Assembly (NCBI GenBank): GCA_044222185.1
Contig: JBGANV010000001.1
Location: 96,001 to 160,000 of the forward strand
DNA from: Planctomycetota bacterium
GTDB lineage: Bacteria; Planctomycetota; GCA-002687715; CAIWVZ01
Direction of reading: 5' to 3'
DNA length: 64,000 nt
The notes under the pieces are model-generated. The model was not told the DNA's origin and made no database searches. It saw only the letters and a program-made list of their open reading frames with translations. Shown here one piece after another: positions 53,635 to 63,104 of the stretch; the stretch's first letter is position 1; every line of letters starts with the position of its first letter. The translations under genes and the position numbers were made by a program.

Positions 53635-55658
53635 ACCCCGCGACGGATCTCGTTTCGTTCTCGAGTGCGGAACTCGCGGATCTCTACAGATACTGGACCG
53701 GCGACGGTTCCGGGCCGTCGTCGGACGAGGATTCGATTCGTGATGCGCTCGGCCGGCTCATGTCCGAGCGCGGCCGGGTGATGACGCGCTTCCGCGACCT
53801 CCCACGGCGGCTGCGCGACGTGCTCGGGTGGATGCTCCGACAAAAGGACTTCCGGATCGCCACGCGCGCAGCGTCCGACAAGAACGGCGGCGCCGAGACG
53901 CCTGCACGGAACTTCGAGCTCGACAGCATCCTGGCGGAGCTCAAGCGTCGAGGGTTCGTCGTCGAGGAGCGCGACCGGTCGTGGGTCCGATACCACGAGC
54001 CCGTTTGGCGCGTCCCGCAGGCCCTCGGTGAACTGCTGGTGTCGGAGATCAAGGGCTCGATCCGCACGGTCGAGACCCAGATCTCGCTCCGCGCGCACGT
54101 TCGTGCGCTGGCGAAGGATCTGCTCGATCATCGGCTCTCGACCTTCGGGATCTCGTTCGCCGACGGCCGCGACCGCGCCGAGCTCGTGCAACCCCTCGCA
54201 TCGACGGAACGTCTCGAAGATGCGATTCGCCGCGTTTCAGATCCACGGTTGCGCGACGCCGTGTGCCGAGCGCTCGACGAGCATGGCGGAATGCTCGACC
54301 GGGGGCAGCTCGAGCGCCTGGAACTCCTTCCTGAGAACCTGGAGCCCTGGCGCGCGGAGCTGGAGCACCTGCTCCTGGGCACGATCGCCGACTTCGACCT
54401 CGCCGAGGTCGGCCTCCTCTTCAAGCCCGGCTCGATGATCATCTTCCACGAGCTTGCGCGAACACACCTGAATCGCGGACTCGAGGTCCACGTCGATGAA
54501 GCGCCCGAGGCTCCGGCCGAGCCGCTCGCCGACCTGTCCGCGATACGATCGTTCCTCGATCACCACAGCGTTCGAGCGACGCGCGAAGGCTCCCTCTACC
54601 GCGCAACGGCCCGCAAGATGGAGTCGGAAGTGTTGTCGCCTGGGAGCCGCCCGGTCTCGCAGGAGGCCGCGCTGGGATTCCTGCTGGAGTTCCTCTTCGC
54701 GGCGGACCTCGTCCGGGTCGACGACGACCAGCGGCTCCGTCCACGCCCCAGCTGGAAGACGTTCGAGGAACTTCCGCCGACCGCGCGCGGCGAGCAGTTG
54801 CTGCGCTTCGTTCAAGAGGATCTGCGGTCGATGAAGGCCGAGTTCCACCACGGTCGTCTTCGCCGGGTTTTCCTGACGATGTTGAAGGAGACGGGCGCGG
54901 GGCGGTGGATCGACTTGCGGAACCTGGCCCAGCTGGCGCGGAACTTCTACCTGGCGACGCTCGACGTCCGCTCGACGGCAGACCGATTCCAGCGTCGTTA
55001 TCAGTACACACCGATCCCGCCGCTGGTTTCCCTCGCCCTCGTCACGCGCGAACTCGTGGAGTTTGCGGGGTCACGGCTCGCCACGGCGGGACTCGTCGAA
55101 CTCCATGCGCCAGAGGACGGGCGGCCATCGATCCGACTCACGCGGCTCGGCTCCGCCGTCCTGGGTCTTGCCGCAGACAACGCGGGCACGACCGTCGACG
55201 GAGGGCTGATCGTGACGGCCGACTTCGAGATCGTCGTGTTTCCCGGCGCCGTCGAATACGACGTGACGCACGCACTGGGGCGCTTCGCGCGCCGCGAGAA
55301 GGCCGACGTGACCGTTCACTACCGGATCTCGGAACGATCGATCCAGGAGGCCGTCGCCGCTGGGATGGCGGCGTCGGAGATCCTCGCACTCCTGCGTCGT
55401 CATGCGCGGTACGACGTGCCTCAAAACGTGGTCGCTTCGTGCGAGGCCTGGGCGCGCGCGGTGACGGTCCTCGAGAGCCGCCGCACGATCGTGCTGCGCG
55501 CCGCGTCGAAGGCCGCCCTCGATGCCGCGATGAAAGTCCGCGAGCTGAAGGCCATCGTTGTCGAGCGGATCAGCGACACGGTCATCGAGGTGAACGAGGA
55601 CCCGACGACCGTGCGGATCGCAGAGGCGCTGCGAACCCAGGGCTTCTTCCTGCGGTGA
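53631..55658 (+). CDS. XPB-associated protein with C-terminal XPB-N-terminal-like (Helicase_C_3) domain
   Basis: GLIVTADFEIVV...LGRFA...YRISERSI..A...G....EIL..L......VPQNV; GTGA overlap with helicase. Confidence 0.8.
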   Translation: MNPATDLVSFSSAELADLYRYWTGDGSGPSSDEDSIRDALGRLMSERGRVMTRFRDLPRRLRDVLGWMLRQKDFRIATRAASDKNGGAETPARNFELDSILAELKRRGFVVEERDRSWVRYHEPVWRVPQALGELLVSEIKGSIRTVETQISLRAHVRALAKDLLDHRLSTFGISFADGRDRAELVQPLASTERLEDAIRRVSDPRLRDAVCRALDEHGGMLDRGQLERLELLPENLEPWRAELEHLLLGTIADFDLAEVGLLFKPGSMIIFHELARTHLNRGLEVHVDEAPEAPAEPLADLSAIRSFLDHHSVRATREGSLYRATARKMESEVLSPGSRPVSQEAALGFLLEFLFAADLVRVDDDQRLRPRPSWKTFEELPPTARGEQLLRFVQEDLRSMKAEFHHGRLRRVFLTMLKETGAGRWIDLRNLAQLARNFYLATLDVRSTADRFQRRYQYTPIPPLVSLALVTRELVEFAGSRLATAGLVELHAPEDGRPSIRLTRLGSAVLGLAADNAGTTVDGGLIVTADFEIVVFPGAVEYDVTHALGRFARREKADVTVHYRISERSIQEAVAAGMAASEILALLRRHARYDVPQNVVASCEAWARAVTVLESRRTIVLRAASKAALDAAMKVRELKAIVVERISDTVIEVNEDPTTVRIAEALRTQGFFLR

Positions 55659-55762
55659 GCTGACGCGCGCCTGAAGGCGGGCGCGCCGTAGGTCCTCCGC
55701 CGGCCCGTCGGCGCGCCGCGCGGGAACCGACGGAACGATCTCCAGCGATTCGGCGGGGCCTG

Positions 55763-58015
55763 TTAGGTCCCGAACTCGGCGAGGCCGTCGACGATGAGCT
55801 CGACCTTGTAGTTCGCGATGCCGGAGGGCAGGGGAACGGGGACGTCCTCGCCTACGCGGCGACCGAGGATCGCCATGCCGAGCGGTGACAGGTAGGAGAG
55901 GATCCCCTTTTCCTGGTCGGCATCCCAGGGTCCCAGAAGCGTGTAGATCTGTCGGCGGTTCGTGCCCTCCTGAGAGAGCGTGACCTTGGAACCCACGGTG
56001 ACGTGTTCGCCGTCCTGCATCGTGTGTTCGATCACACGCGCACGATTGAGATCTCGGGCCAGGTCCTCCGACTTCCGGGTGAGCTGGGTCTGTTTCTCGA
56101 TCGCCGCGCTCCACTCCGCGTTCTCGGAGAGGTCGCCGTACGAGGCGGCGCGGCCGATCTCGGCGGCGTTCTCTGGGATGTCCACGTTGACGAGGTGCTC
56201 GTATTCCTGCTGCTTGCGGAACAACCCCTGCTCGGTCGTGTAGATGACGTTCGCGTCCACACCACCTGGAAGAGCCGACGCTTCCTCGTCCTGCCGCGCC
56301 AGTTCGGGCCGCGTGCGGAGCATGTACGCGATCATCTTGTCGCGGATGTCGCGCGGGAGGCTCCTGTTGCTTCGGATCACGGTGCTGACGTTGCGGCCCT
56401 CGGTCTCCGTCGCCGCGACGAAGGCGTCCTTGACGACGCTGTAGTTCCCGGCCTGGATGAGGTTGGCCAGGGTCTTGCCCACCTTGCGGAGCTCGGCGTC
56501 TTCCTCACGGTAGAGCTTCTGCTCCAGGTGACTGTGCAGGATCACGATCTTCTCGAGCAGCGTCGGAAGCGGGATCTGCGGCACGCCCTCGGGGAGCTTC
56601 TCCTGCAGCTGGTGCCGCGCAAAGAAGGTGAAGGCCAGGGGGAAATCCCGGAACTTCCCGATGACGTCCTTCTCGATGCGGTCGACGACGTCCTTGCGGC
56701 CATGGCGGACGAGAGCCGACAGGGCGGCGTCGGCCGTTTCCGGCTCGCCGCGGAGAATGACCGTCCGATACAGCTCGGCCCAATCCTTGTCGCCAGATTC
56801 GCGAAGCACCTCGAGCGCCTCGATGCGATGCCCGGCGATCGGAATCGAGGGGAGCGCTTCCATGACGCTCTTGTGGTTGCTGCACAGAAGCTGGGGCGCG
56901 GCCTCGGGCGGAATGGTGATGCTCTTGTAGATCTGCTGCGCTTCCTTCATGAGGAAGGCGAGCGAAATCCGGCAGCCGAGTGGCACGTCGCTCTTCGGCG
57001 ACAATCCGGCCATCAGGACCTGGGCGACGGCGGTGACCGCTTCCTCTCCATCCGAGTGGTCCTGTGCCTCCTTCAGAAGGTCGCGGAAGTACTTCACGCG
57101 TTTGACGTCGTTATCCAGGAGGCGGAGGTCTCGGAGGCAGTTCTGCGAGTACCCGCGCATCTCGGGCGCGAGCTCGATGATCGGGTTGCTTCCCGGTGCA
57201 ACCGTGACGTCCGATGCAGTTTTCAGCTTCAGACGTGCCTTCTGCCACCAGCGGGACCAATCGCCGGCCGGGATGATTCCGTCGGTGAGTCGATCGCGCA
57301 GCTCGCGGAGGGTTGCCTTGTTGCGCCGGCTTCGGAGTGCCGCTCGGATGAGCTCCGTCGTATCGCCTTCGACCATGAGCGTGAGCTCGGCCAGCCGGTC
57401 GAGCTTCATGGCGCGCAGGTCATTCGAGTCGACGAACTCGGTGATGTTTCGTGCCATCTCCATCGACAGTCGATGGCCCTTCTTGGTCCCGAAGTCGATC
57501 ACGACCGACGCCTGCTCGGCGTCGACCATCACGATGCGGCCGGTGCCCCAGCCGGCCGGGTGGTGGACGTACCGCCCTTCGCGGAACGCGAAGTACGTAT
57601 CCATCTTGTTGACGGCCGTCTTGAGATCGGGGTCAGCCTCGATCTTGCTGTGGCGCAGGAAGATCGGGAGGTGCGGGTTGTCTTTGTGGATCGCCTTGTA
57701 GGCAGTCAGCAGCCCGTGGCGAAGGATCCGCTCCTTCGGTGCGATCTCCGCCATCTTGCGAAGGGAGACGAGGGCGTTCTCGAATTGGCCTTGCTCGAGG
57801 AAGCGCGCGGTGAGCCCGGAGAGGAGCTGTCCCGCCTTCTCGAAGTTGCCTATGGACTCGAGTCCGGCAATCCCTTGCATGAAGACACCCACGTCTTCGG
57901 GCGAGCTCTCGGTCAGCTCCGCCCACAGGGCGTCGAAGAGTTGGTGCTTTCCTTGTTCTGCGTACTCGCGAAGCTGACGTTTGCGGCCGTCCGGGGTCGG
58001 GTTCTGTAGACTCAT
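55763..58015 (-). CDS. greA: GreA/GreB-family elongation factor with about 590-aa N-terminal extension
   Basis: C-terminal GDLSENAEW, VTVGSKV, LGPWDAD, SYLSPLG.AILG. Confidence 0.9.
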   Translation of the reverse strand: MSLQNPTPDGRKRQLREYAEQGKHQLFDALWAELTESSPEDVGVFMQGIAGLESIGNFEKAGQLLSGLTARFLEQGQFENALVSLRKMAEIAPKERILRHGLLTAYKAIHKDNPHLPIFLRHSKIEADPDLKTAVNKMDTYFAFREGRYVHHPAGWGTGRIVMVDAEQASVVIDFGTKKGHRLSMEMARNITEFVDSNDLRAMKLDRLAELTLMVEGDTTELIRAALRSRRNKATLRELRDRLTDGIIPAGDWSRWWQKARLKLKTASDVTVAPGSNPIIELAPEMRGYSQNCLRDLRLLDNDVKRVKYFRDLLKEAQDHSDGEEAVTAVAQVLMAGLSPKSDVPLGCRISLAFLMKEAQQIYKSITIPPEAAPQLLCSNHKSVMEALPSIPIAGHRIEALEVLRESGDKDWAELYRTVILRGEPETADAALSALVRHGRKDVVDRIEKDVIGKFRDFPLAFTFFARHQLQEKLPEGVPQIPLPTLLEKIVILHSHLEQKLYREEDAELRKVGKTLANLIQAGNYSVVKDAFVAATETEGRNVSTVIRSNRSLPRDIRDKMIAYMLRTRPELARQDEEASALPGGVDANVIYTTEQGLFRKQQEYEHLVNVDIPENAAEIGRAASYGDLSENAEWSAAIEKQTQLTRKSEDLARDLNRARVIEHTMQDGEHVTVGSKVTLSQEGTNRRQIYTLLGPWDADQEKGILSYLSPLGMAILGRRVGEDVPVPLPSGIANYKVELIVDGLAEFGT

Positions 58016-58153
58016 TCGAGGTCGGTCCCTCGGGAAGGGCGCGGATCATAACAAAGGGTCACAAGCCGGAAGGGTGTGGCTTCGGGAAGGTCGTGTCGCC
58101 GCGGTGGAGATCGAGTGGGACGACGATAGACTCGCAGGCCTCGGAGGGTTCTC

Positions 58154-58375
58154 ATGCCGATCGATCCAGCGCTCCTCGAAATCCTCGTGTGCCCGGACTC
58201 ACGTGCCCCACTGGTCCTCGACGGAAACCGGCTCGTGAGTACCGACCGCAAGACCCGCCGGGCCTACCGGATCGAGGACGGCGACATCCCGGTGATGGTC
58301 GTGGAGGAGTCGGCGGTGCTCGCGGAGCCGGAGTGGCTCGCCGTGATGCAGAAGTACGGGATCACCGTCCGATGA
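58154..58375 (+). CDS. Trm112/YcaR-family protein
   Basis: IDPALLEILVCP....PL...Y.IEDG.IPVM; SD GGAGG. Confidence 0.88.
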   Translation: MPIDPALLEILVCPDSRAPLVLDGNRLVSTDRKTRRAYRIEDGDIPVMVVEESAVLAEPEWLAVMQKYGITVR

Positions 58376-58722
58376 CCGCGGCGCCGGACACGGTCTTCGG
58401 CAAGATCCTCCGCCGGGAGATTCCCGCGAAGTTCCTGCACGAGGATGACCGGTGCATCGTGATCCGGGATGTGTCCCCGAAGGCGCCCACTCATTTCCTG
58501 GTGATCCCGAAGGCTCCGATCACGAACCTGACCGACGCGGACGCTTCACACGAAGGGACACTCGGGCATCTCTTGCTCGTCGCGGCGAAGGTCGCGGCCT
58601 CCGAAGGCATCGGCGCTGGCTACCGGGTCGTGATCAACAACGGAGCGCCCGCAGGCCAGTCCGTGTTTCATCTCCACGTTCACGTGCTCGGTGGTCGGCC
58701 GCTGGAATGGCCGCCGGGATAG
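58372..58722 (+). CDS. HIT-family nucleotide hydrolase (HinT-like)
   Basis: TVFGKI, P.APTHFLVIPK, GQSVFHLHVHVLGGR...WPPG. Confidence 0.95.
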   Translation: MTAAPDTVFGKILRREIPAKFLHEDDRCIVIRDVSPKAPTHFLVIPKAPITNLTDADASHEGTLGHLLLVAAKVAASEGIGAGYRVVINNGAPAGQSVFHLHVHVLGGRPLEWPPG

Positions 58723-58776
58723 ACCCGAAGGACTGGCGTGCGCGGTCCCGTGTGGACCGTGCGCGGTTCGGTCGGA

Positions 58777-58861
58777 TGCCGGGGAAGGGACTTGAACCCA
58801 TACGCCCTGTCAAGGGCTGTGGATTTTGAATCCACCGCGTCTGCCATTTCGCCACCCCGGC
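58777..58861 (-). tRNA. tRNA-Leu(CAA)
   Basis: GCCGGGG/CCCCGGC acceptor, GTGGA-TTCAAAA-TCCAC anticodon arm, long variable arm, GTTCAAGTC; CCA not encoded. Confidence 0.95.
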
Positions 58862-58946
58862 GCGTGGGCGGAATGTTGCCCGGCTTGTGGGGCTTAGTCA
58901 ACCGGGCGTCACGAAGGGTGTTCCGCGGACGACGGATCCGAGCCGC

Positions 58947-59882
58947 TCACCGGGCATCGGTCGTCGCTGCGACGGCATGGGGAGCCTCGAAATCCTCCGG
59001 CTGCTCCGGATACGGATCCGCGTGAATCGTCACGAGCGCGCCCGGGATCGTCTGTTCGATCGCTGCGCCCACTTCCTCCACCATCCGGTGTGCCGCACGG
59101 AACGACAACGATGCATCCAGCTCGAGGTGCATCTGGATGAATCGGCGGGGGCCAGCGCGGCGCGTCATCAGATCGTGAAACCCGTGGACGGCTGGGCGTC
59201 GCGCGAGCACGACGTCTTCGATCCGCTTGAGCTCCTCTCCCGAGATCTTCGCGTCCATCAGCCCGTTGATCGCTTCGAAGCCGTTCTTCCAGGCGAGGCG
59301 GACGATGGCGATTCCGATGATTCCGGCGATGACGGGATCGGCCCAGCGCCACCCGAGGAGCGAGTCACACGCGAACGCGACGATCACGCCGGCGTTCGTG
59401 AGGTAGTCAGAGGCGTAGTGCGCAGCATCCGCCCGAAGTGCCGGTGAGTCGGACCGGTTCCCCGCCCGCGACAGGTGGCGTGCGAGGAGAAAGGCGACGG
59501 TGATCGAGACGGCGGCGATCGACAACCCGATGCCCGGCTGACGGAGCGGGGCGCCGATGTCGTGGTTCGTCACGGGCGCCAGGATGCAGAGCGCCGCGGC
59601 GCCAGCGAGGATGAGCGTCTGGAAGAGCGCGCTGAGATGTTCGACCTTCCCGTGACCGAAGGGATGTCCGGCATCCGGTGGGCTGACCGCAAGGCGGACC
59701 GACCATGCACTGACTCCGCTGACGAACGCGTCCGTGGCGGAGTCGACGGCTGCGGCGAGGAGCGTCGCGGAACCGGTGACTGCGTACCCCACCGTTTTCA
59801 GGAGGGCGAGCGCGATGGAAACCAGCATGGCGGTGATCGCCGGTTTCTCTCGTCCTGGCGCTTCCGTACGTTCGACTCTCAC
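58947..59882 (-). CDS. Cation diffusion facilitator (FieF-like)
   Basis: DSATD, PPD..HPFGHGKVE, ALRADAAHYASD, FIQMHLE, IHADP. Confidence 0.92.
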   Translation of the reverse strand: MRVERTEAPGREKPAITAMLVSIALALLKTVGYAVTGSATLLAAAVDSATDAFVSGVSAWSVRLAVSPPDAGHPFGHGKVEHLSALFQTLILAGAAALCILAPVTNHDIGAPLRQPGIGLSIAAVSITVAFLLARHLSRAGNRSDSPALRADAAHYASDYLTNAGVIVAFACDSLLGWRWADPVIAGIIGIAIVRLAWKNGFEAINGLMDAKISGEELKRIEDVVLARRPAVHGFHDLMTRRAGPRRFIQMHLELDASLSFRAAHRMVEEVGAAIEQTIPGALVTIHADPYPEQPEDFEAPHAVAATTDAR

Positions 59883-60153
59883 GGCGCGATTATTCGGTTC
59901 AGCGGTGCGTGCGGCAAGGCGAATCCAGCGCGGCTCGCTCGCAGATCTTGGAGCTCAGGAGATTGGGTCGCGGTCACATGTCCGTGCGGCCGGTTGCTCA
60001 GGGTTCGGCGGCCGACGGCCGCGCGCCGCGCGGGCGGTTCGCCTGCGCCAGCTCCGCGCGGAGAAAGGTGGCACCATGCGCTCGGTTTCCCGTGTGATCT
60101 CGAATAATCGCAGGGTGGCTGAGAATACGCGTCCCAAGGAGTTTCGACCGAGC

Positions 60154-62175
60154 ATGTTTCGCGAACTGAAGAAGCTCAGCGACGCCGAGCGCCTGCTGAA
60201 AGAAGGCCGTTTCGGCGACGTCCTGGCGCTGACGCGCGATCCCGAGATCTCCCAGCACCGGCGCGCCGTCGAGGTTCGGAAGGAAGCCCGCCTGGCCTTG
60301 GCAAACGCGGCCAAAGCGGACCTTAAGGAAGGCCGGGTGCCGGCGGCCGCGCAGAAGGTCCGTCTCGTGCTCGACGATGGGCCTGACGATGCGGCTGCGG
60401 CGCTCGATCGCGAGATCCGAAGTTCCGCAGAACGGGCCGATGCGCTCGATCGGGCGGCAGGCACCGCGCTGCGAGAGGCCCGGTGGCTCGCCGACCAGGG
60501 TGATCGTTCGCGCGCGCGGCGGATGTTGGAGAGCCATCCCACGCCGGCCGTCCGCGAGTTCCTCGATGGGCTCGAGGAAGCAGAACGCTCCGAGAACGCT
60601 GCGCTCACCCGCGCGCGCCAAGCGCTCTCGGCCGAGCCACGAGGCGTGAGCCCGCGAGCCGTCCTGAAGGAGGCTCGGTCGCAGGTGCGAGCGCAGGCGC
60701 CGCTCGCCAGGCTGCATGGCGAGGCGGCCGAGATGCTCCTGAAGGCGAAGGACTGGACGGAACTCGCCGGAGCGCTTGCTGACGCCATCTCGGGAGGGAT
60801 CGAATTCGGCGACACGATCGATCGCTACGGCGAGGCCCTGCTGGAAGCGGCGCGGGATCACGTTCTCGCGGGCGCGACGGCGGACGCCGCGTCTCTGCTC
60901 CGTGCCTTCCCGCTCAAGTCGACGTCGGACACCGCTGCCGCCGCACTCAGACAGGGGGTGTGGGCCGTCGGTCGCGCTGCGGCCCTCGCGCGTCGCGGTC
61001 ATGCTCGACTCGCGGAAGAGCTTTTCACCGAGGCCGAGGAACTTCTTCCCAAGGCCCGTGTCGCGAGGTCAGCTCGCGCCGAAGCGGAAGCGGCGGCCGA
61101 CGACGTCGAGGCCGCGATCGAAGAGGCGACCCGACTCGTGCGCGAGGGAAATCTGGCCGGCGCGCGCGAGCGCATCCGCGCGGCTGCGGGTGACGGGTTG
61201 GAGGAGAACCGCGCGCTCGAATTCGCGCAGGTGCTTGATGACGTGACCGCCGACGATGATGCGCGACTGGAAGAGGCGCGTCAGGCATCCGCCGCCGGTG
61301 ACACGCGCCGGGCCAAACGGATCGCACAGGGCCTCGTGCTGCGTCGTCCCGACCTCGCGGGAGCACGATTGCTTCTCGACGAACTGACCCAACGTGAAGA
61401 GCAGGCGCAGCGTGCGTCCGCCGACGCCGAGCGGCGCCTGCTGCGGAACGTCGCAGCGCGTGTGGAAGGGGTTGCCCACATGGAGACCCAACGTCCGCTC
61501 GTGCCACCACTTGCCTCCGACGTTCCCATTCTGCCGGGAGATCCGTTCTTCCTGCGCGTGGAGAACGAAGGAGATTGGTTCATCCATCCAGGGCGCGTCG
61601 TCTGGTTCGGGAACCAGGCCAACGGGCGCGCCGACCTTCCGGTGCTTGCCGCACTGGGGGCCCAGCATGCTTCCATCGAGCGCGTCGTCGATCCTCAGGG
61701 GGCCGCGAGGTACGTCTTCACCCTGGCGCCCGGACAGACCGCGTGGCGAAACCGCAGCCCCGTGACGACTTGCACGCTGGCCCCAGGCGACCTCATCCAG
61801 CTGGGGCCCTCGTTCGGGTTCACGTTCCAGCGGCCGAACCCCGCGAACACGTCGGCAGTACTTCGCATCCACGGCGACTTCACCGTGCACGGCTGTACCC
61901 GCGTCGTCCTGTTCTCGGAGACCGGGCGGAATGGTGCGATCCTTCTCGCTCCCGGGTCCGACGGCCACGCCGGTCTGCGAAGCGTGGACGCTCGGGTCGA
62001 GGTCTTCCGCGGCTTAGATGGTCCGCAGGGGGGCGAGCTGATGGCGCGCAGTCCCCATGGAATCGCATCCGGAGACGAGCCGGAGCGAGCGCAGGTGCGT
62101 GTTCGCAGCGGGCTGCCGCTTACGGTCGGTGCGCTTCGCATCCACGTCGATTCACTGAAGTCCTCGGCACGCTGA
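60154..62175 (+). CDS. Helical-repeat (TPR-like) protein with C-terminal FHA-like beta domains
   Basis: Ala/Arg/Glu-rich helical repeats, then FGN...ADLPVLAALGAQHA.I...L.PGDLIQLG; start chosen at ATG 60154. Confidence 0.7.
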   Translation: MFRELKKLSDAERLLKEGRFGDVLALTRDPEISQHRRAVEVRKEARLALANAAKADLKEGRVPAAAQKVRLVLDDGPDDAAAALDREIRSSAERADALDRAAGTALREARWLADQGDRSRARRMLESHPTPAVREFLDGLEEAERSENAALTRARQALSAEPRGVSPRAVLKEARSQVRAQAPLARLHGEAAEMLLKAKDWTELAGALADAISGGIEFGDTIDRYGEALLEAARDHVLAGATADAASLLRAFPLKSTSDTAAAALRQGVWAVGRAAALARRGHARLAEELFTEAEELLPKARVARSARAEAEAAADDVEAAIEEATRLVREGNLAGARERIRAAAGDGLEENRALEFAQVLDDVTADDDARLEEARQASAAGDTRRAKRIAQGLVLRRPDLAGARLLLDELTQREEQAQRASADAERRLLRNVAARVEGVAHMETQRPLVPPLASDVPILPGDPFFLRVENEGDWFIHPGRVVWFGNQANGRADLPVLAALGAQHASIERVVDPQGAARYVFTLAPGQTAWRNRSPVTTCTLAPGDLIQLGPSFGFTFQRPNPANTSAVLRIHGDFTVHGCTRVVLFSETGRNGAILLAPGSDGHAGLRSVDARVEVFRGLDGPQGGELMARSPHGIASGDEPERAQVRVRSGLPLTVGALRIHVDSLKSSAR

Positions 62176-62255
62176 CGGACGCTCCGGCCCACCGGAATAT
62201 CGGTCGGCCTTCGCGTAGACCGTCTCCAGTGTCCTCGCTGGGAGACAAGTACGCC

Positions 62256-63104
62256 ATGAAACGCTTCACAGTGCTCCTGACGCTGTTCGTTCTGGGAGCG
62301 AACCTTGTGGCGCAGGATGTGGAACCGACGCTGGCTCGCGCGGTTGTCCGGATCTCGCACCGGCTCGCACGAGAGCTGCCGTACCGAGCAGCCCCAGCGG
62401 ACGCGCTGATGCTGAGGCCGGAAAAGGGGACGCGAGCAGCAGCCATTCAGGCCCTCGGGCAGGCACTTCTGGCAGAGGGCTTTCGGATCCAGGCCGACCG
62501 CGCCGGCGCCGATGAGGCTCGCGTGCTCCCCCTGGCGATCTCGACCCGGCCGGCCGGGGAGGTCGTCGCACTTCGCGTCGCTACCAACGACGACCCTCCA
62601 TTCGCCATCGAATGCGCCTACGGCGGAGCCGGGTGGGTCGACGCGGCCGCAGACGGATCGCTCCGCCGGATCGTGATTGCAGGACCGCTCGCCGGTACAC
62701 CGGAGCGAGCCGTCGAACTCGCCCGCGGCCAGGTCGAGGAGCGCCTTCGCGCGGGTTTCCCCGCGTTGGCGCGCCGTCAGCCATCGAACTCCTTCCTGAA
62801 TCCGCGGCACCTGAGCTCTTTCATCGCGTCCGAGGGCGCGGGCGACTCGCGGCTGTTCCGTGCTTACGTAGCCGCGGAGCCGGAGATCCAACGCCTCGAG
62901 CGGGCCGAGCGGCTCGCCATCGGTGCCGAATGGATCGGGCCACTGGTTCGCCTTGGTCTCGGCGGTGCTGCGGCACTGACCTGCTGGCTCCTGTTCCTGC
63001 GGTCCGACTTCCGCTCCCGCGGGTACCGGACGGGCCGGCTGAGGATCGCGTTTGCTACGCTGTTCGCAGTTCTGACTGCGGGCATCTGGAGGCTGCCACT
63101 GTGA
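62256..63104 (+). CDS. Exported protein with two C-terminal TM helices
   Basis: Signal peptide MKRFTVLLTLFVLGANLVAQ, SD GGAG; C-terminal TM-RGYRTGRLR-TM. Confidence 0.75.
   Translation: MKRFTVLLTLFVLGANLVAQDVEPTLARAVVRISHRLARELPYRAAPADALMLRPEKGTRAAAIQALGQALLAEGFRIQADRAGADEARVLPLAISTRPAGEVVALRVATNDDPPFAIECAYGGAGWVDAAADGSLRRIVIAGPLAGTPERAVELARGQVEERLRAGFPALARRQPSNSFLNPRHLSSFIASEGAGDSRLFRAYVAAEPEIQRLERAERLAIGAEWIGPLVRLGLGGAAALTCWLLFLRSDFRSRGYRTGRLRIAFATLFAVLTAGIWRLPL

Noticed and set aside
58777-58861. tRNA-Leu as an integration site
   Set aside because: No integrase, no duplicated tRNA 3' end noticed, and housekeeping genes on both sides
60068-60085. sigma54 promoter (TGGCAC...) upstream of 60154
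   Set aside because: GG-N10-GC spacing is not satisfied
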